The notes under the pieces: generated by a model
Databases searched by the model: none
What the model saw: the letters and a program-made list of their open reading frames with translations, nothing else
Told to the model about the DNA's origin: nothing
In this document: positions 36,781-45,829 of the stretch, in pieces
How the letters are laid out: every line of letters begins with the position of its first letter
Numbering within the stretch: position 1 is the stretch's first letter
Made by a program: the position numbers and the translations under genes
Source of the DNA: a virus
IMG/VR virus record: IMGVR_UViG_3300023180_000017
Reading direction: 5' to 3' (one strand)
DNA: 64,000 nt

Positions 36781-36963
36781 TTAACCTTGTTGCTTTTTAT
36801 CAGCCTTCTTTTTTAAATGAGTTATTAACATAGCAATATAAACTTCTCTTTCCCAGGGCATCATATTTTCTAACTCTGTTAAACTATAATGATGTTCTTG
36901 CATCAATAAAAAATTCGTTTTATAATAATTCTCTAACGAATCCTGAGAAAGAGTTAATCGAAA
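36781..36963 (-). CDS. gp51: gp51-like baseplate hub assembly frame (missing from ORF track; likely reached by -1 frameshift)
   Basis: Open frame FRLTLSQDSLENYYKTNFLLMQEHHYSLTELENMMPWEREVYIAMLITHLKKKADKKQQG; first ATG only at 36903. Confidence 0.85.
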   Translation of the reverse strand, partial: FRLTLSQDSLENYYKTNFLLMQEHHYSLTELENMMPWEREVYIAMLITHLKKKADKKQQG

Positions 36964-37646
36964 AAATGTTCGTACCCATTAACGGAAACAACATTTTTGC
37001 CCTCACACTTTGGGCAAGTAAACTCAATAACATTTTCTACAATAGGTGTTTTCTCAAAAAACTCTTTAATTTGTAAAATAGATGTTATAGGCATACTTTC
37101 AATAAAATCCTTCAACTCTTCTTTTGTTTGTTCTTTTGGACTAAAAACTTCTTCTTCATTGTATATGTAATCAATTGACTCTGTAATAAGATCAGCATCG
37201 TCCAAACTATCTGCCTTAGCCATAATTGTAGATGAGGGGTGCTTTAATACAAGACCCATTGTTTCACTTATTTCAATTTTATTATTTGTTGCTTCATCCA
37301 AGCCCACAATTTTAAAATCATTTAAGTCAACTTCCCATGGCAAGTTAGATTTACAATGTCCACAAATTAATGTGAAAGCTTGTTTATCACTAACTGACTT
37401 TGCTCTTAACTGTAAGAACAGCCATTGTAAGTCATACATTGCAAGTTCTTTTGCATCTAATTTTCCAAAGCTACAATTAGATACAATTTGTTGACAAGCG
37501 TTTACCATCTCAGGCATTTCGTTTGTCTCACTTGCAAGCGTTAGAAGTTTTTCCTCTTTTACTAAGAAAGGCCTAAATGTAAGGGTTTTCTTAGAAGAAG
37601 GAATTTCCAATTCAAATGTCGGTGTGTCTATTACCGGTAAAGCCAT
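36954..37646 (-). CDS. gp26: Baseplate hub assembly protein gp26
   Basis: MALP...PTFEL..PS...FRPFLVKEEKLL, LRAKSV, two CxxC, ends HFFD. Confidence 0.92.
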   Translation of the reverse strand: MALPVIDTPTFELEIPSSKKTLTFRPFLVKEEKLLTLASETNEMPEMVNACQQIVSNCSFGKLDAKELAMYDLQWLFLQLRAKSVSDKQAFTLICGHCKSNLPWEVDLNDFKIVGLDEATNNKIEISETMGLVLKHPSSTIMAKADSLDDADLITESIDYIYNEEEVFSPKEQTKEELKDFIESMPITSILQIKEFFEKTPIVENVIEFTCPKCEGKNVVSVNGYEHFFD

Positions 37647-37655
37647 AATTTACTC

Positions 37656-38189
37656 CTATTTTGTTCTTTCCCAATAATTAGATGCCACTGAAACTGACAG
37701 CCTAATTACTGAGGGGTTACCCGATGATACAGGAACCAAGTTAACCAATTTTGGTACTGACTCATAAAATCTCCAGGATGCAATAACTTCATCCTTTACG
37801 TCTAATGAAAAAACTTCAAATGATCCTTGTACTGACTCCTGCCAGCCTGTTTCCTTTGAAACCGGATCTGCTGTGGCATATACCCAGCTTTCAAAGGCTT
37901 CTCTAATCTTCCAACCTTGATCGCAGACAAATGTAAAAACACTTTCTGCACCTAAAAATTCTACGTTAGTATTTCTGTATTCTGTCCAGTTACCTATTCT
38001 TAAAGGAACGTTGACTCCTGAAAGTCCTGGTATTTGAGCCTCTTCACAGAATAGTGTTGTTTGTCTTTTAACTTCCTCAGGTAGGTTTAATACGCTAGGA
38101 AACGTAACCATAACTTCGAACCTATCGCTTCGAGGAAGAAATTGCCCTCTTACATTAGCTAAAAAATCTTGATATTTAAACATTGCCAT
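37656..38189 (-). CDS. Tail tube-fold protein (gp54/gp19-like)
   Basis: RFEV...CEEAQIPG...FESW; position between gp2 and gp26. Confidence 0.75.
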   Translation of the reverse strand: MAMFKYQDFLANVRGQFLPRSDRFEVMVTFPSVLNLPEEVKRQTTLFCEEAQIPGLSGVNVPLRIGNWTEYRNTNVEFLGAESVFTFVCDQGWKIREAFESWVYATADPVSKETGWQESVQGSFEVFSLDVKDEVIASWRFYESVPKLVNLVPVSSGNPSVIRLSVSVASNYWERTK

Positions 38190-38743
38190 TATAGCATTTC
38201 CCTACTGTCTCTCCAGACTTTGTTTGCTGATGCACCTTGGAAATTTTGTACTGGCAAAAATATAGATGCCTTCCAGTGCTCAGGATTAACTTTAAGAAAC
38301 CTAGATTTCACTTGAGAAACTAGATACCTTTTTACAGTCGGTTTCACGCCCGGAAACCTGCTGACATTTTGTAACATATTCCAGGACAAATCTAGCTTAT
38401 CCTCAGATTGAAAGTCTAAAAGTTTTCCAAATAGTTGAGCTCTTAACATTGGAGGAAGGTAGTGTAAGTTTAATCCATACCAACCACCTTGAGCATTTTC
38501 AAAAGGTATACATAATGGAAACTGATCATAATAAGGAAGATCCTGTTTTGTTTTAGGATCATATAAAAACATGTAAAGACTTCCTACAGATAGAGATCCC
38601 TTTAACTCACCAATATCACTTTTCATCGTTGATGAGGCGTTTGTGATATTTCCTGCCAGCCTTCTTACGGCTGACATATACCAATTAAAGGAACGTTCTT
38701 GCTCTCCTGCAGACGTTCGTATGTTCTCGAATGGTTTCGCCAT
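38189..38743 (-). CDS. gp2: DNA end protector gp2
   Basis: YDPKTK..LPYYDQFPL, GLNLHYLPP, KRYL. Confidence 0.92.
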   Translation of the reverse strand: MAKPFENIRTSAGEQERSFNWYMSAVRRLAGNITNASSTMKSDIGELKGSLSVGSLYMFLYDPKTKQDLPYYDQFPLCIPFENAQGGWYGLNLHYLPPMLRAQLFGKLLDFQSEDKLDLSWNMLQNVSRFPGVKPTVKRYLVSQVKSRFLKVNPEHWKASIFLPVQNFQGASANKVWRDSREML

Positions 38744-38748
38744 ACGAG

Positions 38749-38756
38749 TATTTATA
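38749..38756 (-). promoter_or_regulatory. Late promoter, leaderless geometry
   Basis: TATAAATA on the minus strand, 5 nt before the gp2 ATG. Confidence 0.75.
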
Positions 38757-39192
38757 ATGAAAGCCCGAGTTCTTTTTCAGTAATAAGCATAAATTCCCAG
38801 CCTCTGTCTAAACAAAATTCTTCTGCACATTTCCATTTGGCTGTATTTACACCCCACTGCATAACTTCATTAATAAATCTTTGTGTTTTTCTTTTAGGAA
38901 CAATGGGCTCTTGGGTAAACCTATAGGGTTTTATTTCAACAAGATATCTCTTATCACCTATTTTTATATAAAAGTCTGGGAAATATCTATGAATTTTTTT
39001 GTCTAAAGGTGATCTATATGGTATGGATATTTCCTCAGATCCCCACTCTAATATTTCATTATTAAGATCACACCAATTCATAAACTTTAATTCATAACTA
39101 GATCGATATATTATATTAGTACAATCCCCTTTATATTTGGAAGGGTTTTTAGGTCTAAATAATCCTGTATATACTCTTTTACTATAGGGCAT
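38752..39192 (-). CDS. gp4: Head completion nuclease gp4
   Basis: PKNPSKYKGD..NIIYRSSYE, WGSEE, HRYFPDF, EIKP, NTAKW. Confidence 0.95.
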   Translation of the reverse strand: MPYSKRVYTGLFRPKNPSKYKGDCTNIIYRSSYELKFMNWCDLNNEILEWGSEEISIPYRSPLDKKIHRYFPDFYIKIGDKRYLVEIKPYRFTQEPIVPKRKTQRFINEVMQWGVNTAKWKCAEEFCLDRGWEFMLITEKELGLSL

Positions 39193-40786
39193 GATTATAT
39201 AGAACCTTAGGGTTGTAATTTTCTTTTTTCAATTGAAAATAAACATTATAAAAATCTTTTTCATTTTCTATAAAGTCTATTAAAACATCCTTATTATGTG
39301 ATATAATAAAAATTTTGCTATAGTCATCATGAAGTTTATGATATCTATCTATATCATAATTCCTATAACCTTTATTTAATAACTCGTGCATGTACTCTTG
39401 TATTTCTTTTGATATTTTTCCAGGCACTAGTGGATTGTGCTTAATACATATATTAAATATCTCTCTATTGTCTATTTTACAGGACTGAAAAAACCCTCTT
39501 AGTTGATCCATATTAACTTTTGTTTCAGGCATAAACATTGGTTTATGAAGTTTCTTTATTTGATCAAATAATAGTGTTAAATACTCAGGACAATCTACAT
39601 CATCCCACAATGCCAAATAGCGTTTATCATTATCAACAACAATGGTAAAGTCTACAGAGCCTAATTGTGCAGATACTTTATTTAATAATACGTCTTCTTG
39701 TAATCTACCATGGTGTATCCAAACTCCATTCTTTTCCTCTAGTTTATCCTGCATTAATCTCTCATCTTCCCACACCGGTGATTTTATAAGATACCCTTCT
39801 TCTACTTTTGTTACTTTATTAAAATCATCTGGTAAAATGCCTAGACTGTTTGGAATGTGTTTTGTATCTTCTGTTACATGGTTTACAAGCAAAGGAATTG
39901 CTGTGTCTATTGATCCATAATGAGATAGGAACTCTACATTATACTCTTTACATATCTTAATAAAGTTTTCAGGTACCGTAAATCCGCTCATGTTTACCAA
40001 AATAGTCCAGTCGTTACCTTTACCCAATGCTTGTAAGAATTGTTGAAGAGTATATGTATTATACATTAATATTCTTTCAAGTTTATATTTTCTAATAATG
40101 GGAACAACATCTCTCTCTAGAGATTCGTCATCTAGCATAGAGAACAAACAAGATCTATGAAAATCTGATGCCATTAGAGATGGAATAAGATCTGTTATTA
40201 TGCTACTAGCGTGGTGCATATTTTTTGTATGCCCTACTCGTGTGTCTTTAAAAAATTTAAATATTTTTATATTTCTTTTAGACAGATCATATATTTGTTT
40301 TTGTGTGAAAACTATGGGTGTAGATTCTTTTGTTGTGCCACTTGTAGATGCAATTAGAAATGGATCATCTTCCTGTCCCCAAAATTCGTGACAAGTATTA
40401 AAACTATTCTCTATTGTGCTTTCTGGAATAACCTGTTTAGAATAATTGGCTATCATTATTTTATGTAGTGGTTTGCTAGCTAGGTGATCACACTCTATAG
40501 ACAGATCAACCGGCCCAAATAAACCTAGTTTTGTTTTGCTTAATGTTTCGTAGGCGATTGGGTAATCAATAATAAATAATTGCAGACCTAGTTCTCCGGC
40601 TGCTACTGTAAGTGCAATTTGATTCGGATTGACAAGCACAATGGAGATTGCAATCTTATCTCCTCGCTGTAATCCTTTTGAAACTAGGATATATTTCCAT
40701 CTATCTACTAAAGAGCATAGCTGATCATAGTCATATCCATCGTAGTCTATAGACCGAATAATTATTTCACGGTCAATTCTTTTCAT
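39182..40786 (-). CDS. Divergent adenylate-forming (AMP-binding) enzyme
   Basis: GLQRGDKIAI, STSGTT P-loop, HYGSIDT (YGxTE-like), ETKVN (A10 Lys-like). Confidence 0.65.
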   Translation of the reverse strand: MKRIDREIIIRSIDYDGYDYDQLCSLVDRWKYILVSKGLQRGDKIAISIVLVNPNQIALTVAAGELGLQLFIIDYPIAYETLSKTKLGLFGPVDLSIECDHLASKPLHKIMIANYSKQVIPESTIENSFNTCHEFWGQEDDPFLIASTSGTTKESTPIVFTQKQIYDLSKRNIKIFKFFKDTRVGHTKNMHHASSIITDLIPSLMASDFHRSCLFSMLDDESLERDVVPIIRKYKLERILMYNTYTLQQFLQALGKGNDWTILVNMSGFTVPENFIKICKEYNVEFLSHYGSIDTAIPLLVNHVTEDTKHIPNSLGILPDDFNKVTKVEEGYLIKSPVWEDERLMQDKLEEKNGVWIHHGRLQEDVLLNKVSAQLGSVDFTIVVDNDKRYLALWDDVDCPEYLTLLFDQIKKLHKPMFMPETKVNMDQLRGFFQSCKIDNREIFNICIKHNPLVPGKISKEIQEYMHELLNKGYRNYDIDRYHKLHDDYSKIFIISHNKDVLIDFIENEKDFYNVYFQLKKENYNPKVLYNHAL

Positions 40787-40799
40787 GTCAAATAATCCT

Positions 40800-40838
40800 T
40801 ATAAATAAGTTAAACGCTAATAACTGGGACTATTTATA
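40800..40838. promoter_or_regulatory. Pair of late promoters serving the divergent operons
   Basis: TATAAATA on + at 40800-40807 and on - at 40831-40838. Confidence 0.8.
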
Positions 40839-41950
40839 TGGCAATTATCTTCAACGACAATTCAGAGGAGTTAGTAATAAACTCTGACAATCAAGTCTTT
40901 GAACCTTCTACAAGTTTAGATGTCTACAGCTATCCTAGTGAACTTAACACTACAAGACAACCGCATAGTGTTATATTTTATATTAATGCTAGATCTACGT
41001 CAGCAGCCGGATCCGCAGCATTTGATGCCAATGGTGCCGGAACAGCAGCAGATTGGAGAGCTGCACAGTCAGATTTAGAGGATCAATACTCTGCAGAAAA
41101 CAGAGCAAAATCAGAACAAGCAGACACCGTTTTAGGTGGGGCAGCAGCCGTAGCTGCATTAGGTGCAACTGTTGCAGCAGGAAGTAAATTAACAGGCGAC
41201 AATGCTTCCGCCTTGGCTGTTCCTTTATTAGCTGCAGGCACAGCTTTTGCAGCGGGTGCTGTAACAGGATCACTTGTAAACACAAGCACAACTTTACGTC
41301 TTTTATCGGTTATACAATTACATGTTCAATCTGCACCTTCAGCAAAATATACGGCAAACTGGAACGAAGAAAGTTTAGGTGCAGCAGTGGGTTTATTAGC
41401 AAGTGGTAGAGCTAGTTTATCTGATATTCTAGGTGGAGCAGAATACTTAGCTAGGGGTGTTATTGGTGCGGCAGCTAATGTTCCTAAAGAACTAGGTTTG
41501 GGGCAAGAAAATATCGGTGCTGCAATAGAGGCAACCTCAAAGAAAGTATCTAACCCATACAAAGAACAATTATTTAAGTCTATGGGATTTAGAAAATTTG
41601 GGTTTGAATATAGATTTATGCCAAAGAATCCTTCAGAGTTTAATAATGTTATGAATATTATTAAATTGTTTAAATACCACATGCACCCAGACAAAGGAAG
41701 TAATGGGTTCTTTTTAATTTATCCTTCTGAGTTTAACATTGAATATCGTTATATGAATGAGGAAAACCAATATGTTTCTAAAATATCCTCATGTGTTTTA
41801 ACAGATATGCAAGTAACATATGGTTCACCTGACGGAACATTTAATACAATACAAGGAACACAAGGTGCTCCTAATGATATTCAAATGAATTTATCCTTCA
41901 CAGAACTAGAAACACTAACCGCAGATAGAATCAAACAAGGAGGATTATAA
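40838..41950 (+). CDS. gp48: Baseplate tail tube cap gp48
   Basis: NPYKEQLFKSMGFRKFGFEYRFMPKN, YPSEFNI, CVLT, LSFTELE. Confidence 0.88.
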   Translation: MAIIFNDNSEELVINSDNQVFEPSTSLDVYSYPSELNTTRQPHSVIFYINARSTSAAGSAAFDANGAGTAADWRAAQSDLEDQYSAENRAKSEQADTVLGGAAAVAALGATVAAGSKLTGDNASALAVPLLAAGTAFAAGAVTGSLVNTSTTLRLLSVIQLHVQSAPSAKYTANWNEESLGAAVGLLASGRASLSDILGGAEYLARGVIGAAANVPKELGLGQENIGAAIEATSKKVSNPYKEQLFKSMGFRKFGFEYRFMPKNPSEFNNVMNIIKLFKYHMHPDKGSNGFFLIYPSEFNIEYRYMNEENQYVSKISSCVLTDMQVTYGSPDGTFNTIQGTQGAPNDIQMNLSFTELETLTADRIKQGGL

Positions 41951-42459
41951 TGTATTTTAAATCCGTTCCAAAAATTGTTTATCCATTTGGTGATGAAAAT
42001 TTTTATGTAACAGATATACACAGAAGAGTGGGAGTCTTTCCTTTAGGCAAAAAGAATAGAGCCTTTTCCTTTGCTTATTTTGTACAAGACGGAGAGAAGC
42101 CTGAGCATATTGCACACAATTATTACGGCTCTAGTAAATATCACTGGGTAATATTATTGTATAATGATATTGTAAATGTCACAGAAGAATGGCCCATACA
42201 TAGCAATGATTTGTTTGAATTTTGTGAGAGCAAATACGGTACAGGAAACGCAACAGATGTACACCATTACAAACTTCGAGGTGAAGAAGAAATTATTGTT
42301 GATTACGATCCAGGACAATATGCAACCGGTGAAATTTTAGATGTAACAAACTATCAATATGAAGAAGAACTAAATGACAAAAAGAGACAAATATTTTTAT
42401 TAAAGAAAGATTATCTAAGAGAATTTGTATCACAATATAAGTCATTAATTCAAAAGTAA
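41950..42459 (+). CDS. gp53: Baseplate wedge gp53
   Basis: MYF..P, GEKPEHIA..YYG...HWVILL.N, HHY, YEEELNDKKRQI. Confidence 0.92.
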   Translation: MYFKSVPKIVYPFGDENFYVTDIHRRVGVFPLGKKNRAFSFAYFVQDGEKPEHIAHNYYGSSKYHWVILLYNDIVNVTEEWPIHSNDLFEFCESKYGTGNATDVHHYKLRGEEEIIVDYDPGQYATGEILDVTNYQYEEELNDKKRQIFLLKKDYLREFVSQYKSLIQK

Positions 42460-42465
42460 AATATT

Positions 42466-43857
42466 ATGTCAATAGATGAAGAAAGAATACTAAAGGCCGG
42501 TGATTATAGATTAGAAGAAATATTTCTAACTAATTTGATTTCTGGCGATAGTTTAAATCTAAAAAACTTCACTGCAGAAATAAATCTATTTGAAGATGTA
42601 TTTTCTCCTGTTATGTTTGGTAATGTTATCATATCTGACGGTTTGAATGTTATAACTGAGTTTCCAATATTAGGTAACGAGTTGCTTACATTAAAACTTA
42701 GAACACCCACGTTTGAAGACAATCCAACACAAATAATACAAAAAACTTTTCAATTATATGCGATTGAAGATAGGGTATTAGCTACTGATAGACAACAAGA
42801 CTATAGACTTTGTTTTATGTCTAGAGAGGGATTGGTAGATCAATGTTCTCCAATTTCTAAATCATTTAAAGGTGTAACTTCTGACATCGTAGACAAAATA
42901 TATACAGAGTATTTACAAACTCCAAGATTAATAGAAAATACAGAAGTATCTGATAACGTTTTTGAGCCTAGAGAAGTAGGCACCACGGGACTTGTTATTG
43001 GTGATACAGATCATATTTCTAATGTTAGATATGTTTCAAATTTTTGGACTCCCTTTAGAAATATAAACTTTATTTCTAAATATGCTAAAGGAGCAACACT
43101 AAATTCTACAGACTTTCAATTTTTTGAGTCGAATAAGTTTTTTTATTTTTGTACTTTAGAATGGTTGATTGCTATGCAATTAAAACAAGGGCTATTTGAT
43201 GAATATGTATATGAGCCCGTGGGTATTAATCTCGTAAGACGACAAGGAAGTTATGTTTACAATTCTGTTAGCCTTCCTCCAGAATTCACAAAAATTGAAG
43301 ATATTACGATTCCTAAAACAATGGACATATTGGAAGGACAGGATTCTGGATTTTATGCGAATGGTGTTAGGGCTTACAATTTTACAACAAGAGAACAATT
43401 TGAAAGTAATTTTGATTTTAGAGAGCAAATGAAAAAGATGATTAGAACAGATGCAGGTATAGCTATTCCCGCTTATGTTGATAGAACACCTTACTCTAAT
43501 GTTTCTTTTGTTTCATTAAATTCTCATTTATTTGACGACTATAGTTTACAAGAAGATTATATAGGAAACGTTTCTTTTAGAACATCTTATTCAAATTCGT
43601 TTAATCAATTTAAATTTAGAATGGATGTTCCTGGAAGAACAGATATAGAAGTTGGAAGGGTTATTAATTTGTTATTCCCAACACCCAAAGCAAAAGAAGA
43701 GGAGTTTGATGTGGATCCTGATAATGCTTTTGATCCTATATTGTCAGGTCCTTATTTAATCACAGCCATACATCATAAGTTTGATGTTACAAAACATTCA
43801 ATGACTTTAGAGATTGTTAAAAACGGCGTAGGTAAATCGTTGGGAGAGGAGATATAA
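42466..43857 (+). CDS. Baseplate hub protein (gp27-like)
   Basis: EINLFEDVF, PILGNE, FFE, VPG....VG, SGPYLITAIHH; between gp53 and gp5. Confidence 0.75.
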   Translation: MSIDEERILKAGDYRLEEIFLTNLISGDSLNLKNFTAEINLFEDVFSPVMFGNVIISDGLNVITEFPILGNELLTLKLRTPTFEDNPTQIIQKTFQLYAIEDRVLATDRQQDYRLCFMSREGLVDQCSPISKSFKGVTSDIVDKIYTEYLQTPRLIENTEVSDNVFEPREVGTTGLVIGDTDHISNVRYVSNFWTPFRNINFISKYAKGATLNSTDFQFFESNKFFYFCTLEWLIAMQLKQGLFDEYVYEPVGINLVRRQGSYVYNSVSLPPEFTKIEDITIPKTMDILEGQDSGFYANGVRAYNFTTREQFESNFDFREQMKKMIRTDAGIAIPAYVDRTPYSNVSFVSLNSHLFDDYSLQEDYIGNVSFRTSYSNSFNQFKFRMDVPGRTDIEVGRVINLLFPTPKAKEEEFDVDPDNAFDPILSGPYLITAIHHKFDVTKHSMTLEIVKNGVGKSLGEEI

Positions 43858-43858
43858 T

Positions 43859-45526
43859 ATGAGTAATATGTCAGTGCCAAAGTTCTTTTGGTGGATAGGA
43901 ATTGTTGAGGATAGAGCTGATCCAGAATTTTTAGGAAGATATAGAGTAAGAATATTAGGTTACCATACGGGTAATAAAGCAATACTACCAACAAATGAAT
44001 TGCCATGGGCAGTTCCTGTTATGCCTGTAACATCTGCTAGTATCTCAGGCGTAGGGCAGTCAAGCGCTTTGGTAGAAGGATCTTCAGTAATTGGTTTCTT
44101 TGCTGATGGAGAAGATGGACAGCAGCCAATTATATTTGGTTCGTTTACAAGTTTGCCACAGGTAGGCCCAACACTATTAGATGAGGAATCTAATGAGAAA
44201 TGGAAGGAATATAGACAAGAGGCTCTAGCAGAATTACAAAGACAATTAGCATCAGTAGAAACAGCTCTGGCAGAAGATATAAACGACTTACAACGGGATG
44301 CTTTAGAAGAAAAAAGGGATTTATTAAAAAAGCAGATAGAGGATTTGTCATCTACTACAGGTATTGCTCTGGATTATCAAGGGTTTGTTGATCCTAGAGG
44401 AATATTTCCTAGAGATGGAAAGGGCACAGGATTTAACTACTTAAAAGAACCCGATAGTTCTAGATTGGCAAGAGGTGCCGATGCAGAACATCACTTTGTA
44501 AATATTAATAAAAGAGATACAAGGTTAATTGATATACCTAGAGCAACAGCTCCTAATGTATCTTCCATATTTGAGAAATTGCCTAATACAAGATACGATA
44601 GAGGAACTTGGCAAGAACCTGCTCATAGATTTAGTGACATGGGTCCAAGTGAAGATGGGTTAGGATACGTAGAAAATAATGAAGTTACTACAGAGTGGGA
44701 AGGTTATGTTCCTATAGGCACAAAACCGGAAAGTGATTTAATTCAAGACGGCAAAACTTCCATGTATCCTTTTAATAAGGTTTGGGAAACAGAAACAGGA
44801 CATTGTTTTGAAGTAGATGATACTCCTGGCAATGGAAGAATAAGTAACTACCACAACTCCGGAACATTTGAAGAAATACAGGCTGACGGTACTAAGATAA
44901 CAAAGGTTGTTGGTGACGGTTATGATATAACATTAAAAGACAAGCGTGTTGAGATACGTGGAAGCTGTGATATACATGTTGCAGGAGATGCCTCATTGTA
45001 TGTTCAAGGTGATATGTATACAGAAGTAGATGGTAATCAATTTAATTCTATTAAAGGCAACCGCGTAACAAAAGTTGGCGGAAATGATTTGTTAGAGGTA
45101 TTGTCTAGCCAAAACACACAGATAAACGGTCAACGTGGTTGTCGTGTAACAGGAGACGACACAGAAACAATCGTAGGCAATCAAACACATTCTGTAGGAC
45201 AAGATAAAAGGACAACTGTTTCAGGAAAAGTTAGTGAAAAGCATTTATCAGATATGAAGGTAACTGTAGGGAGCAATTATACAACTCTTGTAGGTGGTGA
45301 TTATAATTTGGGTGTTGCTGGGTTGTACAGTATGGGAGCAGGTAAAACGTCTACAATAAAATCAAAACAAACAATGACATTAGAAACAAAAGCAAATCAA
45401 ATTGTTAAGGTGGCTACAGACATTAAAGAAACTGCAAAGAGCATAGATTCAACTGTTACGAATACATGGAAACTTAAAGGTGCTAATGTTGACATTGATG
45501 GATCAAGTAGGGTGGATATTAACTAA
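43859..45526 (+). CDS. gp5: Baseplate central spike gp5 (OB fold plus beta-helix, no lysozyme domain)
   Basis: GIVEDRADP..LGRYRVR..GYH, LPWA, YPFNKV.ETETGH..EVDDTP, VxG repeats. Confidence 0.92.
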   Translation: MSNMSVPKFFWWIGIVEDRADPEFLGRYRVRILGYHTGNKAILPTNELPWAVPVMPVTSASISGVGQSSALVEGSSVIGFFADGEDGQQPIIFGSFTSLPQVGPTLLDEESNEKWKEYRQEALAELQRQLASVETALAEDINDLQRDALEEKRDLLKKQIEDLSSTTGIALDYQGFVDPRGIFPRDGKGTGFNYLKEPDSSRLARGADAEHHFVNINKRDTRLIDIPRATAPNVSSIFEKLPNTRYDRGTWQEPAHRFSDMGPSEDGLGYVENNEVTTEWEGYVPIGTKPESDLIQDGKTSMYPFNKVWETETGHCFEVDDTPGNGRISNYHNSGTFEEIQADGTKITKVVGDGYDITLKDKRVEIRGSCDIHVAGDASLYVQGDMYTEVDGNQFNSIKGNRVTKVGGNDLLEVLSSQNTQINGQRGCRVTGDDTETIVGNQTHSVGQDKRTTVSGKVSEKHLSDMKVTVGSNYTTLVGGDYNLGVAGLYSMGAGKTSTIKSKQTMTLETKANQIVKVATDIKETAKSIDSTVTNTWKLKGANVDIDGSSRVDIN

Positions 45527-45828
45527 TGCCTATAGCTAGTAGAAAGGAAGATAAATGTGTACACGAAGGGTGGTCACCCTCACCATTTGATATCACAGAA
45601 GGCGCAAGTAAAACCTATATAGAGAGTAAACTTGCAGCTAGAGTAGGTGACGCAACAACGGCACACAGCAAAGGCAGCACCACACATAATACATCAGGAG
45701 CACCTAAAATATCTTCAGGTTCATCAAATGTTTTTATTGAGAATAAAGCTGCAGCAAGAATAGGTGATAGTGTGGACTGCGGAGCTACTGTAGATACTGG
45801 TTGTAGTAAGGTGTATATAGGAGGCTAA
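45526..45828 (+). CDS. PAAR spike-tip protein (gp5.4-like)
   Basis: LAARVGD, GSSNVFIE..AAARIGDSVDCG. Confidence 0.9.
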   Translation: MPIASRKEDKCVHEGWSPSPFDITEGASKTYIESKLAARVGDATTAHSKGSTTHNTSGAPKISSGSSNVFIENKAAARIGDSVDCGATVDTGCSKVYIGG

Positions 45829-45829
45829 T

